Assembly (NCBI GenBank): GCA_000004695.1
Contig: CM000153.2
Span: 4,416,001 to 4,480,000, forward strand
Direction of reading: 5' to 3'
From: Dictyostelium discoideum
Taxonomy: Eukaryota
Length of the DNA: 64,000 nt
The position numbers and the translations under genes are program-made. This document shows, one piece after another, positions 62,256 to 64,000 of this stretch. Numbering within the stretch: the first letter of the stretch is position 1; each line of letters opens with the position of its first letter. The notes under the pieces were generated by a model, which saw only the letters and a program-made list of their open reading frames with translations, ran no database searches and was not told where the DNA came from.

Positions 62256-62727
62256 AACTAAAAATAATTATATATCAAAAAAAAAAAAAAGAAAAAAAAA
62301 AAAAAAAAAAAAATCATTGTTTATCTCTTCCTTTCATATATGAAAATACTCAAAATAATATTAATAATTTTAATAATAATAATAAATAATAAATAAATAA
62401 ATAATAATAATAATAATAATAACAATAATAATAATAATAATAATAAAAAAAGAAAAAAAAAAAAAAGAAAAAAAAAAAAAAAAAGAAAAAAAAAGAAAAA
62501 AAAAAAAATCAATAAATAATAATATAGTAACAATAATAATAATAATAACAACAATAATTAAAACAGTAAGGTGGTTTTTTTTATTTGTTTTTCATTTTTT
62601 ATTTGTAAAAAAAAAAATATGGCACCAAACAGATAAATAATGGTTTTGGTTGATCAAAAACTATTCTTTGAACGAATTTTTTGAAAAAAAGATATTTTCC
62701 AATTTTTTTAATTTTTTTTCTGATCAC

Positions 62728-62758
<31 letters not shown>

Positions 62759-62818
62759 TGATTTTTTTAATTTTTTTTTTTTTTTATTTATTATTCTTGT
62801 TGATGTTGTATTATTAGT

Positions 62819-62852
<34 letters not shown>

Positions 62853-62855
<3 letters not shown>

Positions 62856-63988
62856 AATTCATTTGTAATTAGAAACGGCTTTGGTTTAGTTAGAACTTTC
62901 AATACTAGATTATTCACCACTTCAAGTATTTATTAATTTTATAAAAAAAAAAAAAAAAAAAAAAAAAATAAAAAAAATAAAAAAAGCTAATTCCTATTGC
63001 TTTTGTTTCTTTTTGTAAATAAATTCTTTTTTTTTTTTTTTTTTTTTAATGTTTAGCTCAAAATTTAGAGGGTGAATTAAAGACTATTTTAGGACAAGCA
63101 AAAGTATCAAAATTACAAGAAAAATTAAAGTTGGACCCAAGAAGTAAAATCACTTTCAATGATTTTAAAGGTATTGCTAAAGAAGTTGGAATTGAAGAAA
63201 AAGAAATTAACTCTGTTTCAAATGCACTCGCTCAATCTGGTTCAATCATCTACTTACCAAATAGTTTAAATGAAAATTTGAAGACTAGTGTATTCACAAA
63301 ACCAGCTCATATTTACCAATCATTAGAACAGTAAGTATAAAAAAGGAAACCTATTTTTATTTTTGTTTTCAATGTTTTATTTTTTAAAAGTTCTTGTTGA
63401 ATTATTATAATAGATACTAGATTTTATAAAATAAATATCTAATATTTTTTTATTTTTTTTTTTTTTTTAAAATTTTTTTTTTATTTATTATTTATTTAAA
63501 TAAAAAGTATTTTAGATATTGAAAATAAAGGTGTTGGTTTAAATAAATTAATTGAATCAAAGAAATCAGAAATTAATAGTTTAAGACAAAAAATTCAACC
63601 ATTAGAAGAAAAAAAACAAGTTATTGATAGAAAAGCACATAGAAGAGCAACTGCAATTATTTGGACAGGTTTAGGTTATTGCTTTGCTCAAGCTGCTATT
63701 TTAGCTAGATTAACATGGTGGGATTTATCATGGGATATCATTGAACCAGTATCTTACTTTTTAACATTTGGTAGTGTTTTAATTGGTTACACCTATTTTA
63801 CAATGACTAAAACTGAATTCACATATGAAGCCTTAAATCATAGATTATTTTCAAAGAGACAAGATAAACTCTTTAAAAGAAATAACTTCCCAAAGGAAGA
63901 TTATGAAAATTTAGTTCAAGCAATCGATAAAAAAGAAAAAGAATTAAAAGAATTAGAACTTGCCACTAAATATGATCATACTCATTAA
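62853..63988 (+). CDS. mcu: Mitochondrial calcium uniporter pore subunit (MCU), 275 aa. Three exons: 62853..62925, 63057..63330, 63508..63988.
   Basis: N-terminal presequence MNSFVIRNGFGLVRTFNTRLFTTS. Coiled coil. TM1 ..[55 protein letters not shown] (human: [49 protein letters not shown]). Donors are GTATTT and GTAAGT; phases 1 and 2 are consistent. Confidence 0.85.
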
Positions 63989-64000
63989 TATTCATACATA

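Overview
This window is AT-rich (roughly 75-80% A+T) nuclear genomic DNA from Dictyostelium discoideum or a very close relative. Three things show this: a 2116-aa uninterrupted myosin II heavy chain ORF (mhcA), FNIP-repeat genes, and poly-N/poly-Q codon tracts with short GTAAGT/GTATGT...AG introns. I count about 19 protein-coding genes on both strands. On the plus strand: a haspin-like kinase, an FNIP-repeat protein, a Q/N-rich protein ending in an intron-split alpha-crystallin/HSP20 domain, a SAM-dependent methyltransferase, an NXF1/TAP/Mex67-type mRNA export factor, mhcA, a small membrane protein, an SRRM1/SRm160-like PWI protein, the MST3/4-type Ste20 kinase svkA (spliced model gives exactly 478 aa), and the mitochondrial calcium uniporter. 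On the minus strand: SMC4 (partial), a hypothetical N-rich protein, a bZIP factor, an LRR-EGF-TM receptor-like gene, STRAP/UNRIP, a cytochrome P450, PSTK (selenocysteine pathway), a hypothetical EK-repeat protein and urate oxidase. I found no rRNA, tRNA, CRISPR array or recognisable DIRS/TRE/skipper transposon. No single previously undescribed system stands out; the findings are separate smaller observations. The receptor-like gene needs two frame corrections and may be a pseudogene or carry homopolymer errors. There is an 863-nt compositionally atypical intron in the NXF gene. A perfect 12-bp GTCACGTGAC-type (CLEAR/G-box) palindrome lies upstream of that gene. A GC-rich island looks like a candidate ncRNA. 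Several short GC-rich palindromic islands, including a MITE-like inverted-repeat pair, sit inside two unusually long (about 5 kb) gene-less AT deserts. There is also a decayed coding remnant upstream of the FNIP gene. All splice coordinates were derived by hand and may be off by 1-2 nt.
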